Origin: Candidatus Eiseniibacteriota bacterium
GTDB taxonomy: Bacteria > Eisenbacteria > RBG-16-71-46 > SZUA-252
DNA length: 48,651 nucleotides
Assembly (NCBI GenBank): GCA_041484545.1
Contig: JBGPHU010000001.1
Coordinates: forward strand, 1 to 48,651
Direction of reading: 5' to 3'
The position numbers and the translations under genes were made by a program. Below are positions 34,239 to 44,855 of this stretch, piece after piece. Numbering within the stretch: the stretch's first letter is position 1; each line of letters starts with the position of its first letter. The notes beneath the pieces are model-generated. The model worked only from the letters and a program-made list of their open reading frames with translations. It ran no database searches and was not told the DNA's origin.

Positions 34239-35585
34239 CTAAGGCGCGTCCGACGTGCCCCCCTCGGGCGCTGGGCGCGTCGAGGGAGGAACGGCCGATG
34301 GAGCCGGCGGGGGCGAGTACCATCCGGCGTCCGGCGGTGCCGGGGCGGCAGGCTGCGCCAGAGGGCCCTTCGCGAAGCGCGTCAGGACCATCGATCCCAT
34401 CCCCGCCGTCATGAAGACCACCCCCAGGACCACCGAGGCGATTCCGAGCGCGATCCCGATCGGCATCACGAGCACGAGGCCGAGGAAGCCGAGCAGATGG
34501 CCCAGCAGCTTGAGGCCGAGGATCACGGCCGCGCCGACGATCACCGCCCGGATGGGCGAGACCGGGATGCCGGGACTCCTGCGCGACAGAATTTTCCGGC
34601 CGAGGTACATCGCTCCGTTCACGTAGCCCAGGAACGCGAAGACGAAGATCCCGAGCAGCGCGCCGATGAGCGCGAACACCATCGCGATCGCGAGCAGGAT
34701 GGCGACGGGGATGCCGATGATCGTGATCACGAGGATCACCATGGCGATGGCTCCCACGATCGCGATCGCGGGGATCACCACGATCATCGCCATCCAGGCC
34801 ACGAGCCCCCAGAGGAACGACTTGCCGAACTGGCTTCCCATGCGGTCCACCGCGTGTTGCATGCGCTCGCGGACCACCAGGAGACAGAGCCAGGCGAGGA
34901 TGATCGTGAGCAGGATCTGACCGATCGTTCCGAAGATCCCGGCGAGCGCCGCGCCGATGCCCACCAGCCCCATGAACGGGAGCATGCCGTGCGTGTGCCA
35001 GCCGCCCACGGAGACGTTGTCGCCCATCACGCGGGCATTGTCACTGACGGTGGTGGAGCCTCCCACGCTGACCGCGCTCCCTTCGACGACGGCGCTGTCC
35101 CTGAGGGAGACGCTCCCGCCGACGGCCGTGCAGTCCCCTTTCACGCGCCCCAGGACCGTGATCGAGCCGCCCATGGCGACCACGCTGCCGTCGATCACCT
35201 TGTCCGCGGGGATCTCGATGTCCTGCCCGAACCGCACCAGGTCGTTGTCGTGACCGTGGTCGGGAGTATCCGGCGTGTCGGGCGTGTCGGGAGTATCCGG
35301 CGTATCCGTCTCCTCCCCGCCGCTCGCCTCCGAGTCGGTTCTGCTCGCTGCCTTGCGCAGGGCGTGGGCGCGCTTCGTGGTCGCGGTCTTCTCGCCGTCG
35401 ATGACGCGGACCGAGATCCCTTCATCGCGGGATTCGGCGCGCGCCGCGCTGTCGGCGGCGGCTTTCGCGCGATTCTTCGCGGTAGACGTGGCGCCCCGCG
35501 CCGCATGCGGCTGCACGAGCAGCGCGGCACAGAGCAATGCGAGGAACGAGACCGCCGCGATCCAAGGACGGGCCTTGGTCCGCAT
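34239..35585 (-). CDS. Membrane protein with a beta-helical (bactofilin/DUF4097-like) repeat region, a (TPD)n tract and a polytopic C-terminal half
   Basis: Track ORF 34239..35735 trimmed to MRTKARPWIAAVSFLALL, 8 nt after the anti-sigma stop. IDGSVVAMGGSITVLGRVKGDCTAVGGSVSLRDSAVVEGSAVSVGGSTTV repeats, followed by 6 or more TM segments. Confidence 0.65.
   Translation of the reverse strand: MRTKARPWIAAVSFLALLCAALLVQPHAARGATSTAKNRAKAAADSAARAESRDEGISVRVIDGEKTATTKRAHALRKAASRTDSEASGGEETDTPDTPDTPDTPDTPDHGHDNDLVRFGQDIEIPADKVIDGSVVAMGGSITVLGRVKGDCTAVGGSVSLRDSAVVEGSAVSVGGSTTVSDNARVMGDNVSVGGWHTHGMLPFMGLVGIGAALAGIFGTIGQILLTIILAWLCLLVVRERMQHAVDRMGSQFGKSFLWGLVAWMAMIVVIPAIAIVGAIAMVILVITIIGIPVAILLAIAMVFALIGALLGIFVFAFLGYVNGAMYLGRKILSRRSPGIPVSPIRAVIVGAAVILGLKLLGHLLGFLGLVLVMPIGIALGIASVVLGVVFMTAGMGSMVLTRFAKGPLAQPAAPAPPDAGWYSPPPAPSAVPPSTRPAPEGGTSDAP
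35259..35308 (-). repeat. In-frame 9-nt tandem repeat encoding TDTPDTPDTPDTPDTPD
   Basis: gtcggg/gtatccgg units are reiterated about 5 times on the plus strand. Confidence 0.8.
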
Positions 35586-35592
35586 CGTCAAC

Positions 35593-36230
35593 TCAGAGCG
35601 AGAGACAAACATGGCCCACACTCCCTTCATGGCGACGGGATGGTCGCAGCAGAATGTAGAGCGCGAGTCCCAGGGTGATGAGAATGGCTCCGGCCAGCTG
35701 AGCCTCGGGTGTCCGGAGGAGAACGATCGCGGCACGTGGAATCGTCTTCAGCGCCTGCGCCGCCAGCAGGAGCCGGCGCGCGAGCGGCGCGTAGAACGCG
35801 ATCTCGCCGGCGAGCCACTTGGATCCCACGGTGGCCGTCGAGATGGAGCGATCGAGCGCGGAAACGGTCCACACGTAGGCGTCCGGAATTCCGAGCGCCA
35901 GGGCGATCCGGTCCAGATTCGCGACGAGCACGACGGTGAGGGCGAAGGAGACGGCGCCGAGCGCCGCGCCGAAACGCTGCCAGCCCGCAGCCAGGAAGCC
36001 GCGCGCGCCCAGCACTTCGCGGATGACGCGGTCCTCGAGGAACGCCGGAGCGGCGAGGAGCGGCATGCTGCGAAGCCGGAGCGTCTGGCGGCGGAAATCC
36101 TCGAGCGACGCCCCGCACGAGGCGCACGAGGCCGCGTGGGCTTCGATCACGCGGGCGACCGAGGGGGTCAGCGTGCCGTCGATCAGCGCTACCAGCTCAC
36201 GCTCGCAAGCTTCGCAGGAGAGATTTTCTT

Positions 36231-36234
<4 letters not shown>
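35593..36234 (-). CDS. Anti-sigma factor (zf-HC2 type, membrane-spanning)
   Basis: 213 aa. N-terminal CEACERELVALIDGTL...HAASCASC zinc-finger motif and several TM segments. Overlaps the sigma gene stop by 4 nt. Confidence 0.8.
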
Positions 36235-38288
<2,054 letters not shown>

Positions 38289-38348
38289 CCGGATGGACGC
38301 CATGGTCCGGCGGGATGCAAACGGGTTCCGCGCGAGGCGGGCCCCGCG

Positions 38349-38723
38349 ATGATGCGCTCACCGTACCAAAGCCCCAAGAAGGCGCCGACCCGGCGCTATC
38401 TCCGACTTCCTCCCACCGAGATGAAGCGAAAGAAACGTCGCGCGCTCCGATGGGCCGCGGGGATCCTTCTCGGGCTCCTGGTCTATTCCTTCGTCGGCGG
38501 AGACAGCGGACTCATTCGCATCCGGGCGCTGCAGGGCGAAACGGCGGATCTGAGGGCGCGGAAGCTGGCGCTCGCCGCGCAGGTGGAACGGGTGGATCGC
38601 ACCCGCAAGGACACCGCGAAGGACCCTCTGCTGCAAGAGCGGGTCGCGCGCGAGCGTTTCCACATGGTCAAGAAAGACGAGATCCTCTACCGCTACCAGG
38701 CGGACGAGGACTCGACAAAGTAG
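38349..38723 (+). CDS. ftsB: Cell-division protein FtsB/DivIC (septum formation initiator)
   Basis: TM segment WAAGILLGLLVYSFV, then a coiled coil and RVARERFHMVKKDEILY. Classic eno-ftsB synteny. The true start may be the Met at 38421. Confidence 0.8.
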   Translation: MMRSPYQSPKKAPTRRYLRLPPTEMKRKKRRALRWAAGILLGLLVYSFVGGDSGLIRIRALQGETADLRARKLALAAQVERVDRTRKDTAKDPLLQERVARERFHMVKKDEILYRYQADEDSTK

Positions 38724-38731
38724 TTCGGCTC

Positions 38732-38760
38732 TTTACAACCCGCCCTGACTCGGGCAGAAT
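38732..38760 (+). promoter_or_regulatory. Sigma-70-type promoter for the tRNA gene
   Basis: TTTACA-N17-CAGAAT, with the -10 element ending 5 nt before the mature tRNA 5' end. Confidence 0.45.
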
Positions 38761-38765
38761 ACCGC

Positions 38766-38842
<77 letters not shown>

Positions 38843-38852
38843 TTAAGAGCCT

Positions 38853-38885
38853 CAGGGGCCTGGAACACCGGGCCCCTGTTTTTTT
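38853..38885 (+). terminator. Intrinsic terminator after the tRNA
   Basis: CAGGGGCC-tggaacacc-GGGCCCCTG followed by TTTTTTT. Confidence 0.85.
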
Positions 38886-39171
38886 GCGCGCGGAGGGCCG
38901 CCCCGCGGCGCGGCCCCTACCTCATCCCGACGACTTGGTTCAGATACGCCGCGACCACTGGCCCTTCCCTCAACCGGAGCCCCGCGCAGTCGTCAACCGC
39001 GTCGGCTACCTTCGCCATCTCCAGCTCCGACCCCGGCGCCGAATGGGTGGATCTAGCGGGACCGCATGGCGCCTCCTTGGGTGGTTTCGTCGGCAGGACG
39101 TGTTAGTATAGATAGGTTCCGAACCATGCGCGAGCATCAGGGCTGACACCAAGTTCAGGAGACTGAAACCT

Positions 39172-40014
39172 ATGGCACACAAGCTTTTGAAGCTCCCGTC
39201 CGTTCTTCTCCCGCTTCTCGCCATGCTAGCCCTGGCGACCGTGCTCGGGGCCTCCGGGTGTGGCAAGAGCATCTCGGGACCCGCGAAAATGGTTCCCCTC
39301 ACGCTCAAGACACAGGCAGGCGGCACCGCCGCGACTCGCGTCCTGCGCGCGGCCGGCTTGGTCGCCGCCGATTCCGACACGGTCCACGTCGATGTCACGT
39401 TCACACGCGCATTACTGGTCGTCCGCGACGTAAAGTTTCATGCGACCGAGACGGACAGTGAGGGCAGCGACGGCGAGGAGCAGGTTGCCGAGAGCGACAG
39501 CCTGGGAGACGCGGAAAACGATTCGACCCATAGCGAGGACGGCGGAGGAATCGCATTCCGGGGTCCCTTCGTGATCGATCTCCTCTCGCACCACGCGGAC
39601 GTCCTGGACACCCAGATGGTGCCGCCCGGCCTCTACGCCCAGGTGCAGGGGCATCTTCAGGCCCTCCACGCCGGGGACGCGGCCGCGACGCCCGACCTGA
39701 GCTTCCTCGTCGGGAGCACGATCGACCTGGAAGGCACGATCGGGGGCGATGGCGGCGGCGCGTTCACGTACCGGGCGAGAATCGACGACGAGTTCGTGAT
39801 CCACGGCCACTTCACGGTGCAGTCGGACACGCCGGCCACGGCGTTCCTCGTATTCAATGTGGACGGGATGCTGGTCGATTCCAGGGGACGGTTCCTGGAC
39901 CCGCGGGATCCCGCGAACGACCAGGCGATCAGGAGCGCCATCCGTCACGCGATCAAGGTGGGCCTGGACGACAATCACGACGGCGAGCTGGACGGCGACG
40001 AAGGACACGAATAG
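39172..40014 (+). CDS. Lipoprotein, DUF4382-like, with an acidic insert
   Basis: 280 aa. Lipobox LGASGC. AGGAGA SD 9 nt upstream. DUF4382-like V.V.F..A.LVV..V.F strands. Acidic tract TETDSEGSDGEEQVAESDSLGDAENDS. Confidence 0.6.
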   Translation: MAHKLLKLPSVLLPLLAMLALATVLGASGCGKSISGPAKMVPLTLKTQAGGTAATRVLRAAGLVAADSDTVHVDVTFTRALLVVRDVKFHATETDSEGSDGEEQVAESDSLGDAENDSTHSEDGGGIAFRGPFVIDLLSHHADVLDTQMVPPGLYAQVQGHLQALHAGDAAATPDLSFLVGSTIDLEGTIGGDGGGAFTYRARIDDEFVIHGHFTVQSDTPATAFLVFNVDGMLVDSRGRFLDPRDPANDQAIRSAIRHAIKVGLDDNHDGELDGDEGHE

Positions 40015-40089
40015 CACGAAGGCGAGAATGCTCCCCCTCTCGCTCGTTTCTAAGCAGTCTCGGTAGAGGCCGGTCGCGAATTCAGGGGG

Positions 40090-42024
40090 TTGACCGTGAA
40101 GTGGCAGCGGAGTCATTCGAGCCTTCCGCCCAACCGGCGGGCGGCGGCTGGCCTGTGGATTCTCGTTTTCTTGGCGTTCGCATCACCCGCGACGGCGACC
40201 TTGAAAGCGGTCGCCGTCGATCCCCCGGCGCCCGCAACGTGCGACTCCGTGACGATCACCGCGACGGGGGAGATCCCGAACGATTGCTACGAGATCGTGG
40301 GGGCCCAAATCCGCGGTCCCGAGTACCTTCCGTGCGCGCGGCCCACGCCCTGCCCCGCGAGGTTCGTCGTCGAGATCACGGTGCGCGAGCCCAACCCCGC
40401 CATCGAGCGGTACTGCATCTTGGTCACGGCGCCGTACACCCGCTCCTTCGCCGTCGGAAAACTCGGGGCCGGCGAGTACGTCGTCCAGGCCAGCGAGCGA
40501 GTCCTTCCGTTCGCGCCGGACTCGACCGACTCGATCGTGTCGGAGAGCTTCGCTTCCGGGACCTTCACCGTGCGGTCGGATTCGACGTGCTCAGCCTTCC
40601 CCGGTTGCTTCCTGCTGGGATTGGCTCCCGACCGGATCGGAGAAGAGATCCCGATCGATCCCCGCTGCACCGCATCGGCCGCTCCCGGAGGCACCGCCTG
40701 CCTCGCCCTCACGCTCACGAACTCGCGCGCGGTCGCGGGCCTTCAGACCACCCTCCAAATCTCGGGCTTGGTCCTGCCGGTCACTCCGGACGAGTTCCTG
40801 CGCGCGATTTCGGTCGACCCCATGGGCCGCGCGGCCGGATTCCAGGTGGGCTGGACCGTCGAGGGGTCGCGGACGAAGATCCTTCTCTACTCGACGAGCG
40901 GAAACTCGATCGCGCCGGGAGACGGTCCCGTGGCCCGGATCTGTTACGCGGTCGCGCCAGAGACGCCGCCGCAAGAATTCCGAGTCTTCGAGACCGCGAC
41001 CCTCGTATCCGATCCGGCGGGAGACTCGATTCCGCCCTGCCCGACGTTCGCCATGATCCCGCCGGGGATCATCTGCGTCGGCTTGCGGGCCTGCGACGTG
41101 AATGGGGACGGCGTCTCCGACGTGCTCGACGTGATCCGGCTGGTCCGGTGCGCCCTGGCGGGCGGCGCCGACTCGGCCTCGGCCTGTCCCGATTCCGTCG
41201 CGGCGCGCTCCGACTGTAACGGCGACGGCTCGGTCGACGTCCGCGACGTTGTCTGCTGCGTGCGGAAGATCGTCGCGGCCCTTGGAACGTCCTCCGGAAT
41301 CGGTCAGGTCGCGGCCCGATTGCAGTCCAGCGCGGAAGGAAGCGCGATCGGGTTCGAAGGCGCTCCCCACTGGATCAACGATCACGAGTGCCACGTCATG
41401 GTGCGGATCGATGCCGCTGAAGGCTGGGGTGGAATGCAGTTCTCGATCGATCCCGGCGGCGCTGCGGTCCGGATCGGAGGTATGGCCGTGGACGGCGCAA
41501 GGGCTCCGGGAAAAGCCATGATCGAGAGCGCTACCGACGCCTCGGGCGTGGCGCATGCGATCGTCTATGGGATTGCTCCGGGCGACCGCTCTGCCGCCCC
41601 GATTGGAATCGACATTATCCTCACGCGTTCGGCGCCCGGTTCGGGCACGCTCCGACTCACCGATCTGAAGGCGGGAACCGCGACGGGAGAGGTCGCCCCG
41701 ATATCGTCGTTCAACCCCACGATGGAGGTCGGGGCCCCGGCGCCCGCGGCGCCGGCTCTCTTGGCCGCGCGGCCCAATCCCACTTCGGGCTCGACCGACA
41801 TCGGCTTCGTGCTTCCGGCCGACGCGCGGGTCACCCTTCGCCTGTACGACGTCGCGGGGCGGTTGGTGCGGACGCTCGTCGAGGGTTCGATGCCGGCGGG
41901 CGCGCACCGTGCCCGCTGGGACGGCCTGGACGCGCGCGGGCGCGCGGCGAGATCGGGAATTTACTTCGCGAAGCTTCAGGCGGGGGCGACGATCCGCTCG
42001 GAACAGATCTTGTTGTTGCGTTAG
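40090..42024 (+). CDS. Secreted cohesin-like / dockerin / cohesin-like protein with a C-terminal T9SS/FlgD-Ig-type sorting domain
   Basis: 644 aa with a signal peptide. Dockerin EF-hand pair reads CDVNGDGVSDVLDVIRLVRC...SDCNGDGSVDVRDVVCCVRKIV. C-terminus PNPTSGSTDIGFVLPADARVTLRLYDVAGRLVRTL....SGIYFAKLQAG. The likely true start is GTG 40096, after AGGGGG. Confidence 0.75.
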   Translation: MTVKWQRSHSSLPPNRRAAAGLWILVFLAFASPATATLKAVAVDPPAPATCDSVTITATGEIPNDCYEIVGAQIRGPEYLPCARPTPCPARFVVEITVREPNPAIERYCILVTAPYTRSFAVGKLGAGEYVVQASERVLPFAPDSTDSIVSESFASGTFTVRSDSTCSAFPGCFLLGLAPDRIGEEIPIDPRCTASAAPGGTACLALTLTNSRAVAGLQTTLQISGLVLPVTPDEFLRAISVDPMGRAAGFQVGWTVEGSRTKILLYSTSGNSIAPGDGPVARICYAVAPETPPQEFRVFETATLVSDPAGDSIPPCPTFAMIPPGIICVGLRACDVNGDGVSDVLDVIRLVRCALAGGADSASACPDSVAARSDCNGDGSVDVRDVVCCVRKIVAALGTSSGIGQVAARLQSSAEGSAIGFEGAPHWINDHECHVMVRIDAAEGWGGMQFSIDPGGAAVRIGGMAVDGARAPGKAMIESATDASGVAHAIVYGIAPGDRSAAPIGIDIILTRSAPGSGTLRLTDLKAGTATGEVAPISSFNPTMEVGAPAPAAPALLAARPNPTSGSTDIGFVLPADARVTLRLYDVAGRLVRTLVEGSMPAGAHRARWDGLDARGRAARSGIYFAKLQAGATIRSEQILLLR

Positions 42025-42137
42025 ACTGAGCGCATGGACCCGGCGGACCCGGTCGCTCAGTACCTCACTTATATTCTGCTGATGCTGGCGCCGCTCTGGA
42101 TGATCGGGTGCTGAGCGGCGCCACTATCACGCCGGCG

Positions 42138-43202
42138 TCAGTCCCCGAGCGACTCCCAGGCTCCTGACTGATCGCTGAGCCGGCCCGCGTCCAGCACCTT
42201 ATGGATGTCCACGGCGTCGTCGAAGTCCGGGCTCGCCGGCTTCCCTTCCTGGATGGCCGCGCGAAGCATCTCGAGCTTGACCAGAAACGGCGCCAGCAGC
42301 GACACGTCGGGCGTCGGCTCGATGGCAAGGTCGTCGGGGATCGGAACCGCTTCGTAGGAGCCATCCTCCTTCGGCCGCGCGAGCCGGTAGCCGTCGAGCA
42401 CGACCATCGAATCGGCCGAGCCGAAAACCTCCATGCTCTGCCCGCGCACCTGGGCTCCTCCGAAGAGGTCGACCGCGCCACGCGCGCCGCTCTCGAACTG
42501 GAGGAGCAGCGTGAAGCTGTCGTCCGCCGTGATCCCGGCGAGCGCGGGGGATCCATCCACGGATTCGGCGGCGACCGTCCGCAGCGAGCAGAAGACGCGC
42601 CGGACAGGGCCTCCCCATAGGATGAGCTGGTCGATGTGGTGGGAGCCCAGGGCCCCGAGGTAACCGCCCCCCCGTCTCTTCTCCACGAGCCAGGTGAGGC
42701 GGCGCTTGGGATTTCGCGCCCACCCCGGGATCCGGTCCCGGATCGCGATGTGCTCGACGCGCCCCAGAGCGCCTTCCCGGATCTTCCGCGTCAGCGCCTC
42801 GCGCGCGGGATAATGGCGGAATTCGTGATTCACCGCGTTCACCAGCCCCTTGGCATCCGCGAGCGCGGCCAGCTCGCGCGCCTCGGCCGCGTTCATGGCG
42901 AAGGGCTTCTCGCACAGGACATGGCGCCCCCGCTCGAGCGCGGCGCGGGCCATGGGATAGTGTTGATCAACCGGCGTCGCGATCGAGACCAGGTCCGCCT
43001 CGACCTCGTCCAGCATCCGCTTCCAGTCGTCGGTGGCGTACGGAATCGAGAACTCGGCGGCGACCCGGCGCGCGTTCTCCGCTTTGCCGCTCGCCACGCC
43101 TGCAAGGACGAAGGCGGGATGGCGCGAGAACCCGGGCGCGTGGACCTGCGCGCCGAATCCAGTGCCGACGAGGAGGACGCGGATCGAGGCGAGAGGGGTC
43201 AT
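42138..43202 (-). CDS. Gfo/Idh/MocA-family NAD(P)-dependent oxidoreductase
   Basis: 354 aa. N-terminal Rossmann IRVLLVGTGFGAQVHAPGF, plus HVLCEKP and HEFRH family motifs. Confidence 0.85.
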   Translation of the reverse strand: MTPLASIRVLLVGTGFGAQVHAPGFSRHPAFVLAGVASGKAENARRVAAEFSIPYATDDWKRMLDEVEADLVSIATPVDQHYPMARAALERGRHVLCEKPFAMNAAEARELAALADAKGLVNAVNHEFRHYPAREALTRKIREGALGRVEHIAIRDRIPGWARNPKRRLTWLVEKRRGGGYLGALGSHHIDQLILWGGPVRRVFCSLRTVAAESVDGSPALAGITADDSFTLLLQFESGARGAVDLFGGAQVRGQSMEVFGSADSMVVLDGYRLARPKEDGSYEAVPIPDDLAIEPTPDVSLLAPFLVKLEMLRAAIQEGKPASPDFDDAVDIHKVLDAGRLSDQSGAWESLGD

Positions 43203-43312
43203 GGGACGGGATCATAGCAGGCCCGCGCGGTTTCCCGCTGGCCGGGCGAGCATCGGAAAGCGATAATGGGCGATCGGTCCGTAATCTCACCAGGAGAATC
43301 GCAACCTACCGA

Positions 43313-44641
43313 ATGAAACCAACCGAAGAGCCGCGTGTCGGTGGTGGGGGCCGGGAGCCCACAGGGCGGAGGTTTCTCTGGGGAACCGGCACGTCCGCCC
43401 ATCAGGTGGAGGGCGGAAACGACCAGAACGACTGGTGGGACTGGGAAAAGCTCCCCGGGAAAATCCGCGACGGCTCCCGCTCCGGCGCGGCGTGCCTCGC
43501 GTGGGACCGCTACGAGGAGGATCTCGATCTTCTGCGCTCGTTCGGCCTCAACGCATATCGCTTCTCGATCGAGTGGAGCCGGATCGAGCCTGAACCCGGC
43601 CGCTACGACGAGGGCGCGCTCGACCATTACCGCCGCGTTCTCCTCGCCTGCCGGGCGCGCGGCATCACGCCCATGGTCACGCTCCACCATTTCACCAATC
43701 CGCGATGGTTCGCGGCGCTCGGCGGCTGGGAGACGAACCGGAACATCGCGCACTTCGCGCGGTTCGCGCGGCTCGCCGGCGAGCGGTACGGAGATCTCGT
43801 GGATCTCTGGATCACGATCAACGAGCCCGAGGTGCTGGCCCTCCACGGCTACGACGAGGGCGGCTGGCCCCCGGGGGTGAAGGATCGCTCGCGGGCGCTG
43901 CTCGTGATTGCCAATCTCCTCGAGGCCCACGCGCTCGCCTCGGCGGCGATTCGTGAGACCGACCGGACCGACGCGGACGGGGACGGCATTGCCGCGCTCG
44001 TCGGAGTCGCGAAGCATTGGGTGCTGCTCGAGCCGCTCCGCTGGTGGAATCCGCTCGAGCACCTTTCCACCGCCATCCAGCACGGCGTATTCAACGTGGC
44101 GATCGGGCGCGCGCTCCGCGGCGACCCCATCGACTTCAACATTCCCGGAGCGCGCCGGGTGCGGAGGCGCGTCGACGCCCTGCGGGGCTCGTCCGATTTC
44201 ATCGGCGTGAACTACTACACGCGGTGGATGGTGGACCTCTTCGGGAAGGAGCCGAGATGCGCGCGCCCCGGCGCCGCGGTGAGCGACCTGGGATGGGAGT
44301 TCTATCCCAAAGGGCTCGAGCGCGCGCTCGTGAGCTGCGCCTCCTTCGGCCTTCCTCTCTACGTCACCGAGAACGGAATCGCGGACGGAGCGGACCGCCT
44401 TCGTCCCGCCTTCATCCGGAAGAGCCTCGCGGCTCTGGACCGGGCGCGCGCCCGGGGCGTGGACGTGAGGGGGTACTTCCACTGGTCGCTCCTCGACAAC
44501 TTCGAATGGAACGACGGCTATTACGGGAAGTTCGGCCTCTGCGCGGTGAATTTCGGCGGCGCCGACCGTCCGAGAGTGCCCCGGCCGAGCGCCGGGACTT
44601 ACGCGCAGGAGATCGAACGCCGCCGGACCAAGCCTTCCTGA
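43313..44641 (+). CDS. Glycoside hydrolase family 1 (beta-glucosidase-like)
   Basis: 442 aa. FLWGTGTSAHQVEGG, TINEP (acid/base Glu), YVTENG (nucleophile Glu) and WSLLDNFEW. Confidence 0.9.
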   Translation: MKPTEEPRVGGGGREPTGRRFLWGTGTSAHQVEGGNDQNDWWDWEKLPGKIRDGSRSGAACLAWDRYEEDLDLLRSFGLNAYRFSIEWSRIEPEPGRYDEGALDHYRRVLLACRARGITPMVTLHHFTNPRWFAALGGWETNRNIAHFARFARLAGERYGDLVDLWITINEPEVLALHGYDEGGWPPGVKDRSRALLVIANLLEAHALASAAIRETDRTDADGDGIAALVGVAKHWVLLEPLRWWNPLEHLSTAIQHGVFNVAIGRALRGDPIDFNIPGARRVRRRVDALRGSSDFIGVNYYTRWMVDLFGKEPRCARPGAAVSDLGWEFYPKGLERALVSCASFGLPLYVTENGIADGADRLRPAFIRKSLAALDRARARGVDVRGYFHWSLLDNFEWNDGYYGKFGLCAVNFGGADRPRVPRPSAGTYAQEIERRRTKPS

Positions 44642-44765
44642 ATTTACATTTCTTGCCCCCTCCGGGAGCACTCCTGGGCCTTCGGCGCGAGTCACCACTC
44701 TCGCGCTAGCCCGCTACGCGACGCCCCGACAAGCTCTTGTGCCGAGATCGCCTTCCCCCGTTTTG

Positions 44766-44781
44766 CGGCACGAAGGATGCA
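44766..44781 (+). promoter_or_regulatory. Sigma-54 (-24/-12) promoter-like element upstream of the 4x repeat protein
   Basis: CGGCAC-GAAGG-ATGCA with GG/GC at canonical spacing. The -12 GC is 76 nt upstream of the ATG at 44856. Weaker than the paralog's element. Confidence 0.45.
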
Positions 44782-44855
44782 AGCCGCCAACCACAGGGAC
44801 TGAGTGATCTGTACAAACCAAGGGAGAAGCACGTAAGAAGGAGGAGCTTGTTCTC

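Noticed and set aside
34131-35678. 515-aa ORF antisense to the beta-helix membrane protein
   Set aside because: His/Asp/Arg-rich nonsense composition. The sense frame has coherent TM helices.
38884-39111. 75-aa plus-strand ORF and a 33-codon minus-strand ORF (MAKVADAVDDCAG...) between the tRNA terminator and the lipoprotein gene
   Set aside because: No motifs and an Arg/Pro-rich or very short product. The region more plausibly holds the lipoprotein gene promoter.
42034-42114. 26-codon hydrophobic mini-ORF MDPADPVAQYLTYILLMLAPLWMIGC after the dockerin gene
   Set aside because: It has no Shine-Dalgarno sequence, overlaps a hairpin that may be the terminator of the upstream gene, and is too short to evaluate.
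43199-44698. 499-aa ORF antisense to the GH1 gene
   Set aside because: The GH1 motifs (TINEP, TENG) are on the plus strand.
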